Shown: positions 1 through 15,304 of the stretch, one piece after another
Layout: each line of letters begins with the position of its first letter
How positions within the stretch are numbered: the stretch's first letter is position 1
Source of the DNA: the human T2T-CHM13v2.0 reference genome, Homo sapiens
DNA length: 64,000 nucleotides
Assembly: GCF_009914755.1 (NCBI RefSeq)
Contig: NC_060927.1
Direction: 5' to 3' (one strand)
Notes under the pieces: generated by a model
Seen by the model: only the letters and a program-made list of their open reading frames with translations
What the model was told of the DNA's origin: nothing
The model's database searches: none
Made by a program: the position numbers and the translations under genes

Positions 1-29
1 GACTGAAAATTAGTGATCTTAATACATGA

Positions 30-205
30 AACAGACTTGAAGGGGAGACGAAGGAGGGACAGAGGAGACTTTCAATTCTATTTTGGACATGTCCAGATTG
101 ACAAACCACACATTAAAAAATACATATCTTTGCTAGGAAACTGAAAATAGGGCGTATGAACTCAGGTTGGAGCCTGAGGCTGAAGATACAAATTTAAAAG
201 TCACC
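30..205 (-). mobile_element. Old L2-like remnant (probably continues ~1164-1260 past the Alus)
   Basis: TTTTGGACATGT...AACTCAGG..GGCTGAAGATACAAATTT..AGTCA resembles reverse L2 consensus; judged by eye. Confidence 0.45.
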
Positions 206-212
206 TATATGC

Positions 213-1173
<961 letters not shown>

Positions 1174-2918
1174 CTACAGAAAGAAATTGTGACTGGTACA
1201 GAGTATACAGGAAGAAGGCAAATAGCCGAAGGACAGAATCTTGGTAGGGGGACCTTTATTTAAAATTGGGAGTTAAAATATGGATTGAGCTACATATTAA
1301 CAAGATATTTCAGATCCAAGGATCTGCTCTTGAGAACAAAAACAAAAAAGGTAGGTTCAGTACTCAGAAAACCATCTAATATGAATGCATAGATTCATTG
1401 TTTTTTCAACTTTCTACTGCATTCCACATAAAGCTTCGATCACATAGCGTTTGTATCAATGGATGCTGAAAAAAATAACTCAGTCCTCAACACGTGTAAT
1501 GAATGCCTATATCCTTTTCAGAAATGTCTTTATTTTGGAGTTGTTCTGTCATTTGTGTTGCTATTGTCACCACTATCACATACCTAATACCTAATACAAA
1601 AGCACATGCAGTTATTCTTCATAGGAGGCTGAGCAACGTTCTCTCTGAAGTGGTGGGGAAAAGTTTATGCCTCCATCAGAGCGTTACCAGGACCTCCTAA
1701 CATCCTATTTTGTGATTCTAAGATTACAAATTGTGTTTTGTTTTCCCTAGAAAATATATTAGATACTTATTTGACTTTCACCAAAAGATATATCAGTATT
1801 AAGGTAATAAAATTAAGCACAATGTAATGCTAACTTCAGCTTGACTCTTATTTAACCCTCAATTTTCATTATTGTATATTCTTGTGTGAATCATGTTTAA
1901 TTTTTTAATGTGTTTTCTTGTATTTGTAATAAAGTCAAGTGTTTATTTGCTAGTTTATATTTTTCACATAGACACTTACCAATTACTTTAGTAACTATAA
2001 TCCAATTCACTATACAATTTATTCACGTTTTCTGAAATACTATCCAGAATTTTACATCCTCCTGAAGGGGCCACTGGTCATCACAAACAGAATGAAATAA
2101 TCTCTTTCTTTATCTTAATGCATTATCCCCACATCAAAATCAAAATCAAGTTAATCTTTCTGTTGCATAGAAAACTCCAGAATGTTTCCCCCTCTGTTCT
2201 GCAGTGTCCTGCTGGTACCAATATTGTTCACTGATTTTATTACCCCAACTTAATCCTGTATTGCTCAGCAAAAAGGAAAAAAAATGCAATTAAAGTGTGC
2301 CAGCAACAATAGGGATATCTTTTCCCAGAAACAAATACTTTGGAAAATAGATTTCAATAGCTTCTAGATTATGGCACTATCATACCATTAGTCAGAAAGA
2401 TCATTTTCAGTGAAACAGTGTCACAGACCGAGAGAGAGAGAGAGAGATGAAGAAAGCTGGTGACTCAGGAACACCAAAGCAAGATAACTGAAATCTTCAA
2501 TCCCCAAAAGATCACGAAAGCCCCAAATATAGCTGTTAATATAAATAACATCATTGTAGGTTGGTATTAAGAAGGCCAGGCCAATTCTCAGCCTAACAAA
2601 GAGGATGTTTTCAGGAAAGCATACCAATTATTTTTCCAAATTTCCAGCCCTCAAAAAGTAGCAACAAATTTAGATTATACGATGGAGATGTAGGCAAATA
2701 ACTGTCTACTAGACAAGAAGAAACAGCAAGCTATATACTCCAGATGGTTTCTGTTGGCTCATGAAAGTATTAGACTGCCAAAGCATCAAGATTATCAGCA
2801 TTTACTTATTTCAGTTAATAAATCATTTCCCCATAGCTACTATAAATCCCATAATATTTAAAACTTTTTACGTAGCCATAATTTGATCAAATATTATTTG
2901 CTCTCAAAATTTCCCTGG

Positions 2919-3119
2919 AGGAGTTTCAGACCAGCCTGGGAAAGATGATAAGACCCCATCTCCCCAAAAAACTAAAAATTAGCCAAGCGTGGTAATGCAC
3001 ACCTGTAGTCCTATCAGGAGGATTCCTTGAGCCCAGGAGTTCTAGGCAGCAGTGAGCTGTGATCATGCCACTTCCCTCCAACTTAGGCTACAGAGCATAA
3101 CTTTGTCCCTTTTAAAAAA
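2919..3119 (+). mobile_element. 5'-truncated, diverged Alu (AluJ-like)
   Basis: GGAGTTTCAGACCAGCCTGGG..AAAAATTAGCC..CCTTGAGCCCAGGAGTT..GCAGTGAGCTGTGATC with a short A tail; flanks AAAATTTCCCTGG / AAAATATCCCCTGG look TSD-like. Confidence 0.8.
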
Positions 3120-3228
3120 TATCCCCTGGGGAAAGGACATAATTTGAGGTTGTTATCTTTTTCAGTTTGAAAAGCAGAAGTAGGACCAATATGTTATTTT
3201 CTACAATATATACAAAGTCAATCATAAC

Positions 3229-3485
3229 AAAATTAGTTACAATGAACCTGGTGTTCGATAGATCGATAAGGTAACTATAATTAAGATTCATATATTGTAC
3301 GTTTTAAAGTAGCTAGAATATAATAACAATTTGAATATTCCAAAAATAAAGAAAAGACAAACATTTAAGGTGATGGACATCCCAATTACACTGATTTGAT
3401 TATATAAATGTATCAAATTATCATAGGTACTCCAAAATATGTAATATATATAATACATATCAATAAAAAAAAAAAACAAAACAAA
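3229..3485 (+). mobile_element. L1 (L1MA-type) 3' end fragment
   Basis: GGTAACTATAATTAA..AAAGTAGCTAGAA..AGGTGATGGACATCCCAATTACACTGATTTGAT..AATAAAAAAA is typical of an L1MA 3'UTR with poly(A). Confidence 0.75.
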
Positions 3486-4139
3486 AATGAGTTAAAATGA
3501 AATACAAGACAATCAAATTTTTTAGGTAACTGAAGAATATTTTGCTCCCTAAATAACATACAGACAAATAATATTGAACTACATATTTTAAGTTATGACT
3601 ACTAAGTTTATAATATTTGTATAAGTTACTGCATGCTACATTGTGCTGTCGAGTGTCTGCCTGTTGCATGGCTACTGTCCTCCAATCCCTACACACATGC
3701 ATATTCTGGCACAAATATTCTTTCCTTGGACTTCTAATATGCTCCTTTCATGTATGTGTCTATGTCATATCAATTATTTCAGCCTCAGGCCTGCAACTTT
3801 AAAGAACGCAAGGGCTGACAGCCTCTTTTTCTCTCAAATAAGAGATTATGAAAATAATATCTTCCCATATGGTATCTACTGCACCCTTATTCCAACACTT
3901 CCAGAATATAATAGGTGTCTGGTGAGGGATTTGGTCCTGCCTTCCTAAGGCAATGCAATCCACAATCAGGACTTCATATAATGATATTTTCATTGAGAGC
4001 TTTTTGTTCAAAGGCAAGCACAGGTGCGATAAAATTGTGAGAGGAATAGATTTGCCTTTCGAAGAGCTAACAGTCATCAATAATGTGTATAGTCCCGCAA
4101 ATAAAAGCTGGGTGGAGACCAGAAGACCTAGATGTCATC

Positions 4140-4230
4140 CTAGACTAGCTGCATTGATTTAGAGTCAGTTCATTTCCCTCGGCTTCATTTTCTTGATCTG
4201 TAAAACAAAGGATCTAAATGATATTTAGAT
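4140..4230 (+). mobile_element. MIR fragment
   Basis: ACTAGCTG..CCCTCGGCTTCATTTTCTTGATCTGTAAAA is the MIR core. Confidence 0.55.
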
Positions 4231-7200
4231 ATCCACCAGAGACAAGTCTCTCTCATACTGCATTCTACTCCCAAAGTTTTCTAGATTATGAGAAATCCTC
4301 TAGACTTTCATATTTTATTTTGGCTGGCCTTTGATGCCTATATTTCTCCCACTATACCTCTAAAGGTAAATGGGTCACCATAAAAAACCTACTAATTTTT
4401 GTTTAGGAAATGTTAATTTTATGAAAATTCTCTAAATGACTATTTTAATAGAATAAAATAATGGAAGTGTGTAATCCTCTCTGTGAGTGTAAAAACATTA
4501 TTTTGATTATATGTGTCAATAGACCTGCTCAGAACAATTCTGTATGTGAAATAATTATGTGTTTTTAACTCTCAACACCATAGAAAATCAGGAAGATACT
4601 AGTTCTTCTAGAACTAAAAGGGATCCAGTGTTCTTTCAGAGACTACACAGAAGAGGTTTCGCTGACAGATTCATCATGACTAGAAAAGGTGGTGAAGTCT
4701 CCACCTAAAAAACAAATGGACAGCTAATAAAAGGCTCCCTGCTCCCAGGAACCCAGTTGGGTCGGCTATGCCCTCAGTTTTGCAGCACAGCATTTCACTG
4801 AAGCTTGGCACATGTTCTAGGGTGTCAGCTCCACCTCCAAAATATAATGCATCCAGTGTGAAATAAATATATCCCTGTAGCCAATAAGAATAAACTGCTC
4901 TTGGTGGTTTCTATTTTTATTTCATAGTTGTGTTACACCAAAAATCATGTTGTTTTAAAGATCTACTGAGTTGATTAGGACAGGAAAATAGTTAAGATGT
5001 TGTTGAAAATGAGGTAATTGTGAATAAATGTTGCCCACATTTACAAAAACACAAATTTATAAAACATATTTCCAGGCAGCTGCAATGTAACACTATGTTT
5101 TAAAATAAATATTAACGTTAAGCATGTAACTCAACAAATATCTCAAATGAAACTCTCTTACAGAAATATAATAAGATAGCAGAATATCTAAAATTTGAAG
5201 TACAATACCATCATTAGATAATGTGGCGTATTATATAAATTTTATTCCTTAGCAAATACTCTATCATTTGTTAGTTCGGTTAAGTAAGAAATTTTTAAGA
5301 ATATGTTATTATAGGTATCTTTACTCTTGTATAAATAAACAACCTATAAAAAAGGTTTTAAATTACTATAAATTTGTTTTGATCTTGGGATATGTGTGTA
5401 TACCTATGTGTATGGGGGTATACGTAAATACATATATAAAGCTAATATGTAAAAACCATATAGATTATTAGATTATTTCAATATAATTAATATTCATACT
5501 TTATGATGTAAAATGATGAAAACTTTTTTCTTGTACATTAGTTGATTAAGATCACATACTCAAATTTACAAAATAAGATTTGTTGATATTTAAAACAACA
5601 AATAATTACAGATAAACTTTTCCTTTGCGGAAAAAATTTATAATTAACTCCTCATCCTCTTCCCTAAGCATACCAGGATACTAAAACTTGCCTGAAATAT
5701 TATTTGAGTCCACCAATTAAATAATTATGTGCAATTTTTACAATCTGACCAAACACAAATCAAAGCCCATACATATTTAGCAAACTTTATTATCTACATC
5801 ATTCTTATGCCAGTGACTGTACTATGATTTAGTCTTAAAATCTTCATGAGAAAGAGGATATCTGAGCAAAAAAAAAAAAGTATATTTAAGAAGTAGGGAA
5901 AAAACTAGTTTTATGGGTCTTTTTACTTATTATAAAGTCATCTACATAAATAATCAAATAACGGTTTACTCACTTGTTTGAATATATAACTGTAATAATA
6001 TAGGGAAAGAGGGAAAGTAGTTCAAGTATTAGACCATAAAGCAATTCAGACGTATTTAACTGATGGCAATAGAAAAAAATATTTAAAACATAGTATACTT
6101 CTAGGAATTAGGGCTTTTCTTTGAGATGAATATATCTTAATTTCATAAATGATGATCAAAGGTGGAATAAAACATTCATCAGGGTGAAGATTGTCAGCAA
6201 TTTCTCTTAAGAATTTGGAATGATTTGAGTAAACAGGAAAAGGAATACAGAGATATTTAGGGGACAGTGATGGGCAATCAATGCAAATGTTTTACTTTAT
6301 AGACTCAAACTATATAAGCAGCTCCTGCCAGTTTTTATAAAATCCTACATGTTAATTAAATGTGAGATTAGAACCATTTTTCCCATTTTAATTCTTACTC
6401 TAGAGGAAACACATATTATAGAGCCTTGTACTCACCTTTTGCAGATTTTACAAGTCCTGGGCACCTTGTCAGGGGCTACCCAAGGTTGCCTATGCCTTCA
6501 GCCAGGTGAGATTTTAAGAATTAACACTTTCTAAAATCACATACTCAGCTGATAGTTTATGTGGCCCTCATTTTCTCTGTTTCTATATATCTACCCTGTT
6601 CTTCCTACACTCCAATCTTTTTTCATATTTGTATTTATAATATATCTTTGGGGTATAATGTTGTTTGTCTATATGTCTGTATACACACAAGGGATTATCT
6701 GTATGCGTGCGTATAGGAAAATCGTCACTGAAAACCGCAGAGTTCACTTAATTGTGGGATTCATAATCCATTACTCAAAGCATCTTGACTATTTTCACTG
6801 AAACAAATGTGCTGATAAATAACTTTCCTGGAGAAAGAATGCCATTTAGGAACTTTGATCTCAGGAACTCACTTCAGAAGCATTTTACCTTTGCCAGCCC
6901 TTCACCCCATTTCTATCTCTGCTTCTAATACACTGGTTGCCTTCGGCTCCATGAATAAATAAATATATATAGGCCCTCTGGAGAAATGTTTGTGTACACC
7001 TTTAGCTAGTGTCCTGTGGAGTTTTTTAAGCCGGAGGGGATCAACTAATTGAATAGCAACGCATCTATTTTTTATAGAAAATATTTCTAACAATCTATAA
7101 GAACCTTCAGTTTTCTGTTCTAATACTAAATCCACTTCACCCTCAGCTCCTGTAAATTTCAAAGCCCATGTATTTTCTTCCAAAATTACTTAAATAGAAG

Positions 7201-7557
7201 GCTAGTATATTGTGAATTTTATCAATGTGAGAAAATATTTAAGAAGAGACTTAATGAGCCAATAGTGTGTTTTTCAATCATTTTATTACACAGCTTGCAT
7301 ATGAACTCTTGAGGTTTGAAGGTAATTACATTTTTTCCCAATAACATGATCCAAATATATGACTGCTGATCCTGAAAATACAATTTCAGTCCTAGGCAAA
7401 TTAAAACAAATGGAAATAAATCAAAATCAACTCTTTGATTTTGAATAGGGAATCTACCTGTGAGGAGAACATCATAAATAACTGTTGCTGGATGATCAGC
7501 AGAGTGGTCCTTAGCAAACTGGTAAGAGAGGACACTCTGGTTAAAATTCCTAGCTTG

Positions 7558-7611
<54 letters not shown>
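7558..7611. repeat. (CTTT)n tetranucleotide microsatellite
   Basis: ~13 perfect units. Confidence 0.97.
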
Positions 7612-10600
7612 GCTTACAAAATTACATACGAGATGAATTTAATTGAATCCTCATTTGGAAAATTAACCTAATTCTTCATTTAAGGATTATAGAGATCTTT
7701 ACATTTTCTCATTTATTCCCAAACTTTGAGAACCTGTTTGATTACGATGATTTACTGTAACACTATTGAAACACACAAATGGCATTAATTTTCCAAAACT
7801 TTCTGTCTCCTCAAGGCACCCCGATAGCAGCGGAAGCTTTTCCAAGCAATTCCCTGGGGACATCTCAAGTTTTTTGCCTGAAGTGCAAACGAGTCATAAC
7901 TATGAATCTTGGCAAAGTAACTTTGTTTCGACTCTTGGGGTTGTGGGGAACCCCTGTGTGTTCCTCTTTTCCCTCCCCCAACCCTTTCTTAAAATCTTGA
8001 CATCCACTGGGAGGAAAAGTAGGTTAATTAGGCAGGAGTCTCTGGCTCGGCCCCCAACGGCGGTTTTCAGGTGGCTGAGAGACCCGCCGCCTTCCGAGCG
8101 CGAGTGATGAAAAGGGGAGGGAGGCCGCGCCGGGCGGGCCGGCCGCTCACAATGGAGCAATTATTTGTCTAAAGTTCCATCCTCTGCGGAGCTCCTTGCA
8201 TAATTCAAACGTAATTAGGCAGACGGTGTTCCTTTTAAAGGCGTGACTTTGGGGGGTGGGAGGGATGCTTATTTACTTTGGGGCTTCTCTAGGATATCAG
8301 CTCCCGGTTGAGCTGAAAAATGATTACAGGCAGATTTGCACCATCTGCATGGAGAATTCAAAAAGTTTGTTCTCTTGCAAATCAAAACCTTTTCAACTTT
8401 TATCTCTCTTACCCGCTCCTTATCTGCAACCTGATGTCATAGACTCTCATTCAAAGACCGTTAGCTGAAAAAAAAAAAAAAAAAAAAAAATCCTCCCGGG
8501 ACTGTGCTCACGTGCCTAACAGTCCCAATGGTCGCCCTCGCCTTGATTTTTATTCCCCTCATTCAGCTACCATTATTTCCTGGTGGCCAGGACTAGGTCT
8601 GAGTCACGCCTTCTGCTCAGGTCTGGAGCTGGGTCGCAGAATCTCCGCCAATTTGGAGATTGGCCCTAAAAAGTCTCCATGCAGCGGGAAAGTTTGGGAG
8701 CAGAATCAAACTAAAAAAAGAAAAAACGAAACAAGCAAACAAACAAAAAAACAGCTTTGAGGTGAAGGGTTAGGCTTACCCGGTTGGGAGAAGGTTGGAG
8801 TGTTCTGTTTGTTTACCTATTTTATACGATTTTCTTATTTATATGGAGGTAGTGGAGGCGATGCCAGAGCGATGATCAAGAGAAGGGTTTAGAAATGGCA
8901 CTATTAAGAAGATGCTTGTTTTTGCCTCAGTCAGCTACGGATGGAGCTCAAAAGGTTTCACTCAGCATCGTCCAAAATCGATTGTAAATACACACTCTAA
9001 ATACATATACATATGTACCTCTAGATACATATTTAGCCTAGGACATATCACCTAATATACATTACACATCTGATATATTTATTGCCATACATTTGTATGT
9101 TCTTATAAATAGCATATACCACTTAATATTTATATATCATTTTATGTACTCTTTTAATACACAAAAATAAAATGAAAACTGTATCAACGTACTCCAAATA
9201 CGGAGATACATATTAGTTATGGGAATATGTTAGGCGATGAATATTAAATTTTAGGATCTGCTTGGATGCTGAATTTCATGCCCTTTCACAAGTTGTTTAA
9301 AAGCTGTGGCCTCTCACCGGGAACCCAGCATATACATTCATCTCTTTCTTCCTTAAAAGCTCTAGCACTACCTGTTACTTCCAGAGCAATGGAAAAAAAG
9401 TTCTTGTTCAAACTATAGCCCCTAAGCCAATAGATGAAACTCGTAGTTTGGAGGAAGACTGCGACAGCTTAGGCCACCGGAAAATGACCCAGAAGTTCAA
9501 CTTCTGCGCTCTCCGGGGAGGCTGGGTCAGAGCTCCAGCTCAAAAATGTCTTAAATCCGTTCGGGAAGATCATCTCGCACTGAGGCCATTTGACCTGGTG
9601 ATACCAGGTTGTTAGTAACGCTTGATGTTTGGGGAGTTCGGCATATTTGACTCTCCCTGCGGCTCCTCCTCCTAGCCCACCCCCAGCCCCCAGATCTGGG
9701 CCCCTTGGAAACACTCTGGCCTCCGCAGAAAATTTTGAAGAAAATGCAAAGGGAGAACTAATATTGTTTTCCTATTATTCGATTTGCGTTCTCTGGGTTC
9801 TTAATTCCAGCCTTTCCTAGGTGCTATTCTGCGCCAAGAAGAGTTAGGTTTTGCCAAGCACTCCCACATCCAGGATTCTTGACCACACAGAGGGATTTAG
9901 AAAACAGAAAACTCGTTAATTTTGAGCGATTTTTTGGAAAAAAAGTTGGGTGGGAAGGGGACGGGTGCTGCACTAGGAAGAATCAAGAATGGACCGGCCT
10001 TGCCCCGATGCAATCGGCTTCCTAGGATGGGATGGGGGGTAGGGGATTGCATTTCTTTAACCCAGATCCACGTGCCTCCCCACCTGCCCCGGCGCTGGGC
10101 GGTTAATATTGTGCGAGTTCCTGAGCTGTACTGAGAACATATCCTAATGTCTATAGAAACTTGGTGGAAAGAATCTGATGAATGTGTCTAATTGGTTTTA
10201 CTTGCCATCTATTCACAAGAAGTAAAGGTCCATCATTAGGCTTAATTGAGTTTTTTTTTTAAGTCGCTGCCTTTAATGATCATAGAAGCAGCTAAGTCCA
10301 ACACCAGCATTTGCGTCATTTTAATTACCCTGTTTATTTGTTGCAGATATGGCAAAGTTATCCAATATTTCCCCACATCCCTTCCAACTAAAAGGGGAGC
10401 TCAGCAAGCTGGGCAGTCCCGCTTCCAACCCAGAGAGGGCGAGGGTAGCGCTTGGAATTTTGAGATTGGGCTGTCTGGCGCGGCTTCCAATTCCAGTCTT
10501 TTCCGCCAGGCGCGGCTCCAGTTTAGACCGCGGCGGTGGTCTAAATTCTTCGCCTAAGGAACCACCGCCTAAGGAACGATTTGCCATCGGATTTGTCCTC

Positions 10601-10621
10601 GGCAAATGTCTCACCAAGCTG

Positions 10622-10696
10622 TAGATGGATGAATGGATAGATACATGATAGGTAGATCGATCGATAGATAGTTAGAGAGGTAGACAGACGGATAGA
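10622..10696. repeat. Degenerate (TAGA/TGGA)n repeat
   Basis: Interrupted GATA/GATG units. Confidence 0.7.
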
Positions 10697-13600
10697 TCCC
10701 CGAAGCTTGCGGATAAATGTTCTGGAAAAAGCTGCTGAAAAGCTTCTACACAACCTTGTTTGGGGGACCATGGTCCCCAGGTAACCTGCCCACGGGATTC
10801 TACACTCACCGACACAAATAACGCTCTTGCCAAGTTCCCTCCCCAGCTGGCCAAAACCTGAGGCTCCCCCATTCATTCAAGAGTTTCTTTTTAATAAACT
10901 TACTGGTAGGTAGTTGGTTCATAGTTGCCCAACCCACTCCCTGCAGCAAATCACACACAAGAGCAAGCAGGCAATTAGAACCACTGTCAGAGTGCTTGAA
11001 AATCATCCATTCTTCACATTAATTAAGCTTTGACAACTGAAGTTTCTATGGATTGGGACCTCAAAACTTTCTCTCACTTGAATAGCAGGAACTTAGTAGC
11101 GTCTGCTACTCAAAATGTTAGCCCTCACTTCACCCTGGCTATTCTGTTGTTTTTTAAAAAAATTAAAAATAATTCGACCTCTTGAGCATTTTTGCACAGG
11201 GGGCAGGAGCTTGAGTTTTGAAACCTTTGTCAGAATCAATTCTCTTATTCAGGTGGGATCTGTGGATTTACTTTTTTCAGCAGCAACACCCTGATAGCAT
11301 TTTAAATTTTTGGTATGATTTTTATCTCCCACCTTTCTAAATTTAGGAGTTCACTGCATAAGGCAAATCAGAGAGAAGCCACCTAAGCCAAATGACTGGT
11401 TTCATTCTTCAATGTTTGGCAGAGACTTGTAGATCAAAATGAAATCTTAAAAGTTTTTTTCTTTTTTCTTAAAAAAAGATAATAACAGAATTCATGCAAA
11501 TGCCAAGAGGAGAGCAGCAAACAAATTATCTTCCAGAGCAAGGAGACAAGTGGCTATTTGGCAGGTGCCATTAGCCACAGCTCTGTACTTGGACACAGAT
11601 CTGCACTGAAGCTGCTCAAGCTTGGCTCACTGAGGATGTGAAATGCCCTGTTGACTATGGGCTCAATGAGGGCCTAAATGGCCAGCCATAGGCAGCTGGT
11701 CCAAGCCTCCAACTTGGCTCCTTTAGCCATAATCCTGAGAAGTGTGCCCCAAAACCCCTATGAAGTGGGAGCCACAGAGTCTGAAGCATGTATTTGGGCG
11801 AGGAAGGGTCTGGAAGGTGTAAAAGGTCTCACCTCAGGAGCCACTTCAGTACCCCATAGCCTGCTAGCTACTCTGTATTTAAATTTCAGCTTATCCACAG
11901 AACTCCAGGATGCAAAAGTCATTTCTCCCCAGTGAGTCCTGGCTCTGCGGTACAGGTTGAACTTGCTGGTCATTCTGAAAGAGTCTGAATCAGACAAAAG
12001 TAGCCTGAAACTCGGGCCTCACCTTCCCCACAGCCCCTTCACATTGCTTCCAGTGCGCTAACCTTGCTGGGAGGGGAATGTGGGAGTGGAGGTAAGAGCG
12101 GTGTGGGAGGAGAGAATCGGCAACGAGAGTGTTTGAATTGCAAGTTTCATCCTTAGGAGAAATACCAGAAGTAAAGAGCCTCCCAGGTGGTTGAATCCTT
12201 GGGGGCGTTTCTATAGGGCCCCCTGAGTGAGCCATCAAGACCCAAGACTATGCCACCCCAACCCCTTGGCTCAGGAAAAGCATTGCCTCGTCCCTGTTCC
12301 TCCTTCTCTGTCATCGGACACACTCACTAACTTCTCCAAGACATACAATTTGGGACAAAAAAAATCTGGTTAACAAGATCATTCAATATCATTCTTGCTA
12401 TCAGTTTTATTTCGATTTCCAACCCTCCTGTTATTTTGTCCTGTGCTTCTGTTCTTTCCACCTCCACTGGGAAGGGAGGTCTTTTTCCCTTTCTCCTCCT
12501 CCCGCCAGGTGCTGGAGTTTTTACACCGGTGCTTTGTTACTTAAGGAGAAAAACTGCCTGCATGGTGCAGGATGCTGAAGGGGAGACAGAAAGAGAAGGT
12601 CTGGCGGCCTGGGGGCGGCCATGCGTGTAGCCCTCCCCGGTATGTTTTTGTGCACAGAGTTGGCGCCAGGGCAGCGCCCCAGACCCCAGTCCTGGCTGGA
12701 CAATAAATGACCGGACAGCTGCGGCCGCTACAAAGGAGCCCCTCGACCGCGTCGCTGTTTACTTAGTGTCGGGTCTGACCCCAGGGCTGCTTGCGGCCAG
12801 TACAGATGCTGATTCCACCCTGGGAACAGGCTTTCTGTCCTCCGTTCGCCGCGCTAGCCAGCACGTGTTTGCAAACAACTTAACTGACTTCTCGAATATT
12901 CATCTGCTGACGCTGGCTTTAGGGAAATTTGAGGGGAGACTCGCTGGGCAAAGACCCGAGGCCTCTGGAGGTTTGGCTCCCCACACGCAGGTCCCGTCCG
13001 CCTCGCTGATTATCTTTTCTTCTTTCCAGAGGAAGCGGATAGGCTTCAGCTTTAGAAAATTTATTGTTTTAATTTGCCAGCCGTAAGTACGGTCAGAAAG
13101 AAGCCGGACAACAGGCCCACAAGCCGCCCCGCAGACGCGCACGGGAACAAACACGAACACGTTGTGAGCCAGGCCAGAGAATTATCTTTGTGCACGTGGA
13201 GAAGACCTTCATCTGGGGCTGCTGCTGGTCTATTCCTTTCCGTGCACTTCTACTGACACACCCGAGCATCATGATACCTAACTCAACTCGACTTTAGGTT
13301 TAAAAAGAATTAAAATCACTAGGTAATCACATTACGAGTCAAAGGTCAATAAAACCCTCAACAGTTTAAAATAAGCTTTGCCCTCAAACTAGAAGTCACC
13401 TAGTCTTTCTTGTCAGTGTCTAAAACACATTTAGAGATGTATTGGTTTCTTAGATGTGCAAATTGAAAGGCTGTCTGGCAAGGAGATGTCTTACTTAACT
13501 AGACCACCGCCCCCCAACAGGAATGTCTCCCTCTTTGCGGCTTCTGTCTCAGAAGAGCTGCGAGGAACCCATGTCTGCAAAGACAGCTATTGGGGCTGAC

Positions 13601-14558
13601 CCGAATTCCCCTGACCTAGGGCACTCTGTCCCCCACTCCAGTCCCCATCTGGGCCTGAAGATCCTGCTCTCTCCTCCCCATCCCAGAACTGCCACACAGA
13701 GCCTTTGATATTGTCCCAAGTTTAATTTGGTAAGGCAAGAAAACAACCTAATACCACTTCTCATCCCCTGATTTCAGAGAATCTAATTTTTCCTAACTGC
13801 CCCTACAGACTTGAAGGTAGGGGTGGGCTTTTCCACAAGCTCCTTCTATGAGTGAGGCTTGGCTGACACCTGTGCTGAGAATGCTGGAGAAGGTGGTTGG
13901 AAAACCAACTAGGACAGAGGAAGCTGAGCTCTTGGTGCCCCCCACTCCCTCTTTTATCCTCTTTATGACATTGTTCGCAATGACTGTCTAGTTTAGATAT
14001 GACGAGACCAGCGCCTCCCTTGAAATGGAAACAGAGGACTGGATAAAGAAGAAAAAAGCACTTTGTAGTCTGCATCGTCCATCTTTAATTCAGAGACGCA
14101 TCTCTACTCCAGGGAGCTCTGCCTTTGATCTCTTTGATTTTTTTATGCCAGATCTGTTATGGACTAAAATTCCTAGGTTTTCCATAGAAACATCTCCATT
14201 CCTTTGGGATATTGATGTTTTCTTCTTCCTGGGGGTTATGATATGGTAAATCAGATTCAGAAAAGGGACAATGCCAGCATTCATGGGCCTGGAGTGGGGT
14301 TTCTCTTGGCCTTCTCCCTCCCTCTCTCTCATATTCTCTCTTAGTCCCTCTCATTCATACAAATATTTCCTCCCTCCCTCTCTCTCTTTTTCTCCTCTCC
14401 TACTTTCCCTCCCCCCTCCTTCCTCCTTTCCTCCTCCTTTCTTTCCCTGCCTCATTTTCTCTCCGTTGTTCTCGGGGGAACCAAAATAGGGGTTGAGATT
14501 CTGGTCTCTACAAGCCTTTCAAGCGCCTTCAACTTTGGCGGCGGCAGCAGCAGGTTGC

Positions 14559-14572
14559 GTTGCCATGGATAC
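14559..14572. promoter_or_regulatory. RFX X-box
   Basis: GTTGCCATGGATAC vs consensus GTTRCCATGGYAAC, inside a small CpG-rich block. Confidence 0.55.
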
Positions 14573-15214
14573 TGTACTGTATGGCTGTGGCGGCGGCCAC
14601 GGCGGCCGCAGCTCGAATCCCCTAAACAATGCCGAGCCAAGTGCAGGTTTCTCGCCCTTTTCCGTGCACTTTTCTCTTCTAATGGGGCTAGTGGCCTCAA
14701 ATGGGAGATGCATCTTGACACGAAAACAATCCCTACCCCTCCTCTTCTCCCCCCCACCCCCGCTTTTCCTTCCTCCCTCCACGTCTTTGATCTATTAAAA
14801 ATCAAAAGAACAAAGTCACAGAGGAAAGTTGAGTTTTGTTGTGACTGCCACTGCACAAAATGGAGCTCTTCAAACAGAGTGTGGTGGAACCGAGGTCTGA
14901 CAATGCTGATCCAGGATTGGTTGTAGCTACAGGTCAAACTGGACAGCTCTATACAAGAGGACACAAATTATAACCAGGCCCGCCAAGGAGCAGCAAGCCT
15001 CTCCATCCCAAACTAACTATAGCTGGGAAATTCTGATAGCCAGAAATGCCTCCAGTCAGGCTCCAAGTGCAACGTGAGTGAGGGCTCTGAAGAGGCCCCC
15101 AGGTGAGGAGCCACAAGGACCCAGAGCTAGAATATCTGCTCAGTCTTAAATCATTTTACAGAGCCTGTGCGTGGCATTAGACCCCACCCAGATCTAGACA
15201 AGCTACAGCTTCCT

Positions 15215-15255
15215 CCACAGTGCTTGGCGCACAGCAGGTGTTCAATAAATAATCG
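15215..15255 (+). mobile_element. L2/MIR 3' terminus
   Basis: CACAGTGCTTGGCGCACAGCAGGTGTTCAATAAAT matches the shared L2/MIR tail. Confidence 0.6.
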
Positions 15256-15272
15256 CTGGTGGTTGTTGCTTC

Positions 15273-15304
15273 TGCACTGCCAAACCCTCCGCTAGGGGGC
15301 GCGA
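15273..15304 (+). promoter_or_regulatory. CTCF-binding motif (core plus upstream-module-like sequence)
   Basis: Core CCTCCGCTAGGGGGCGCGA (15286-15304) closely fits CCASYAGRKGGCRS; TGCACTGCC at 15273-15281. Confidence 0.65.
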
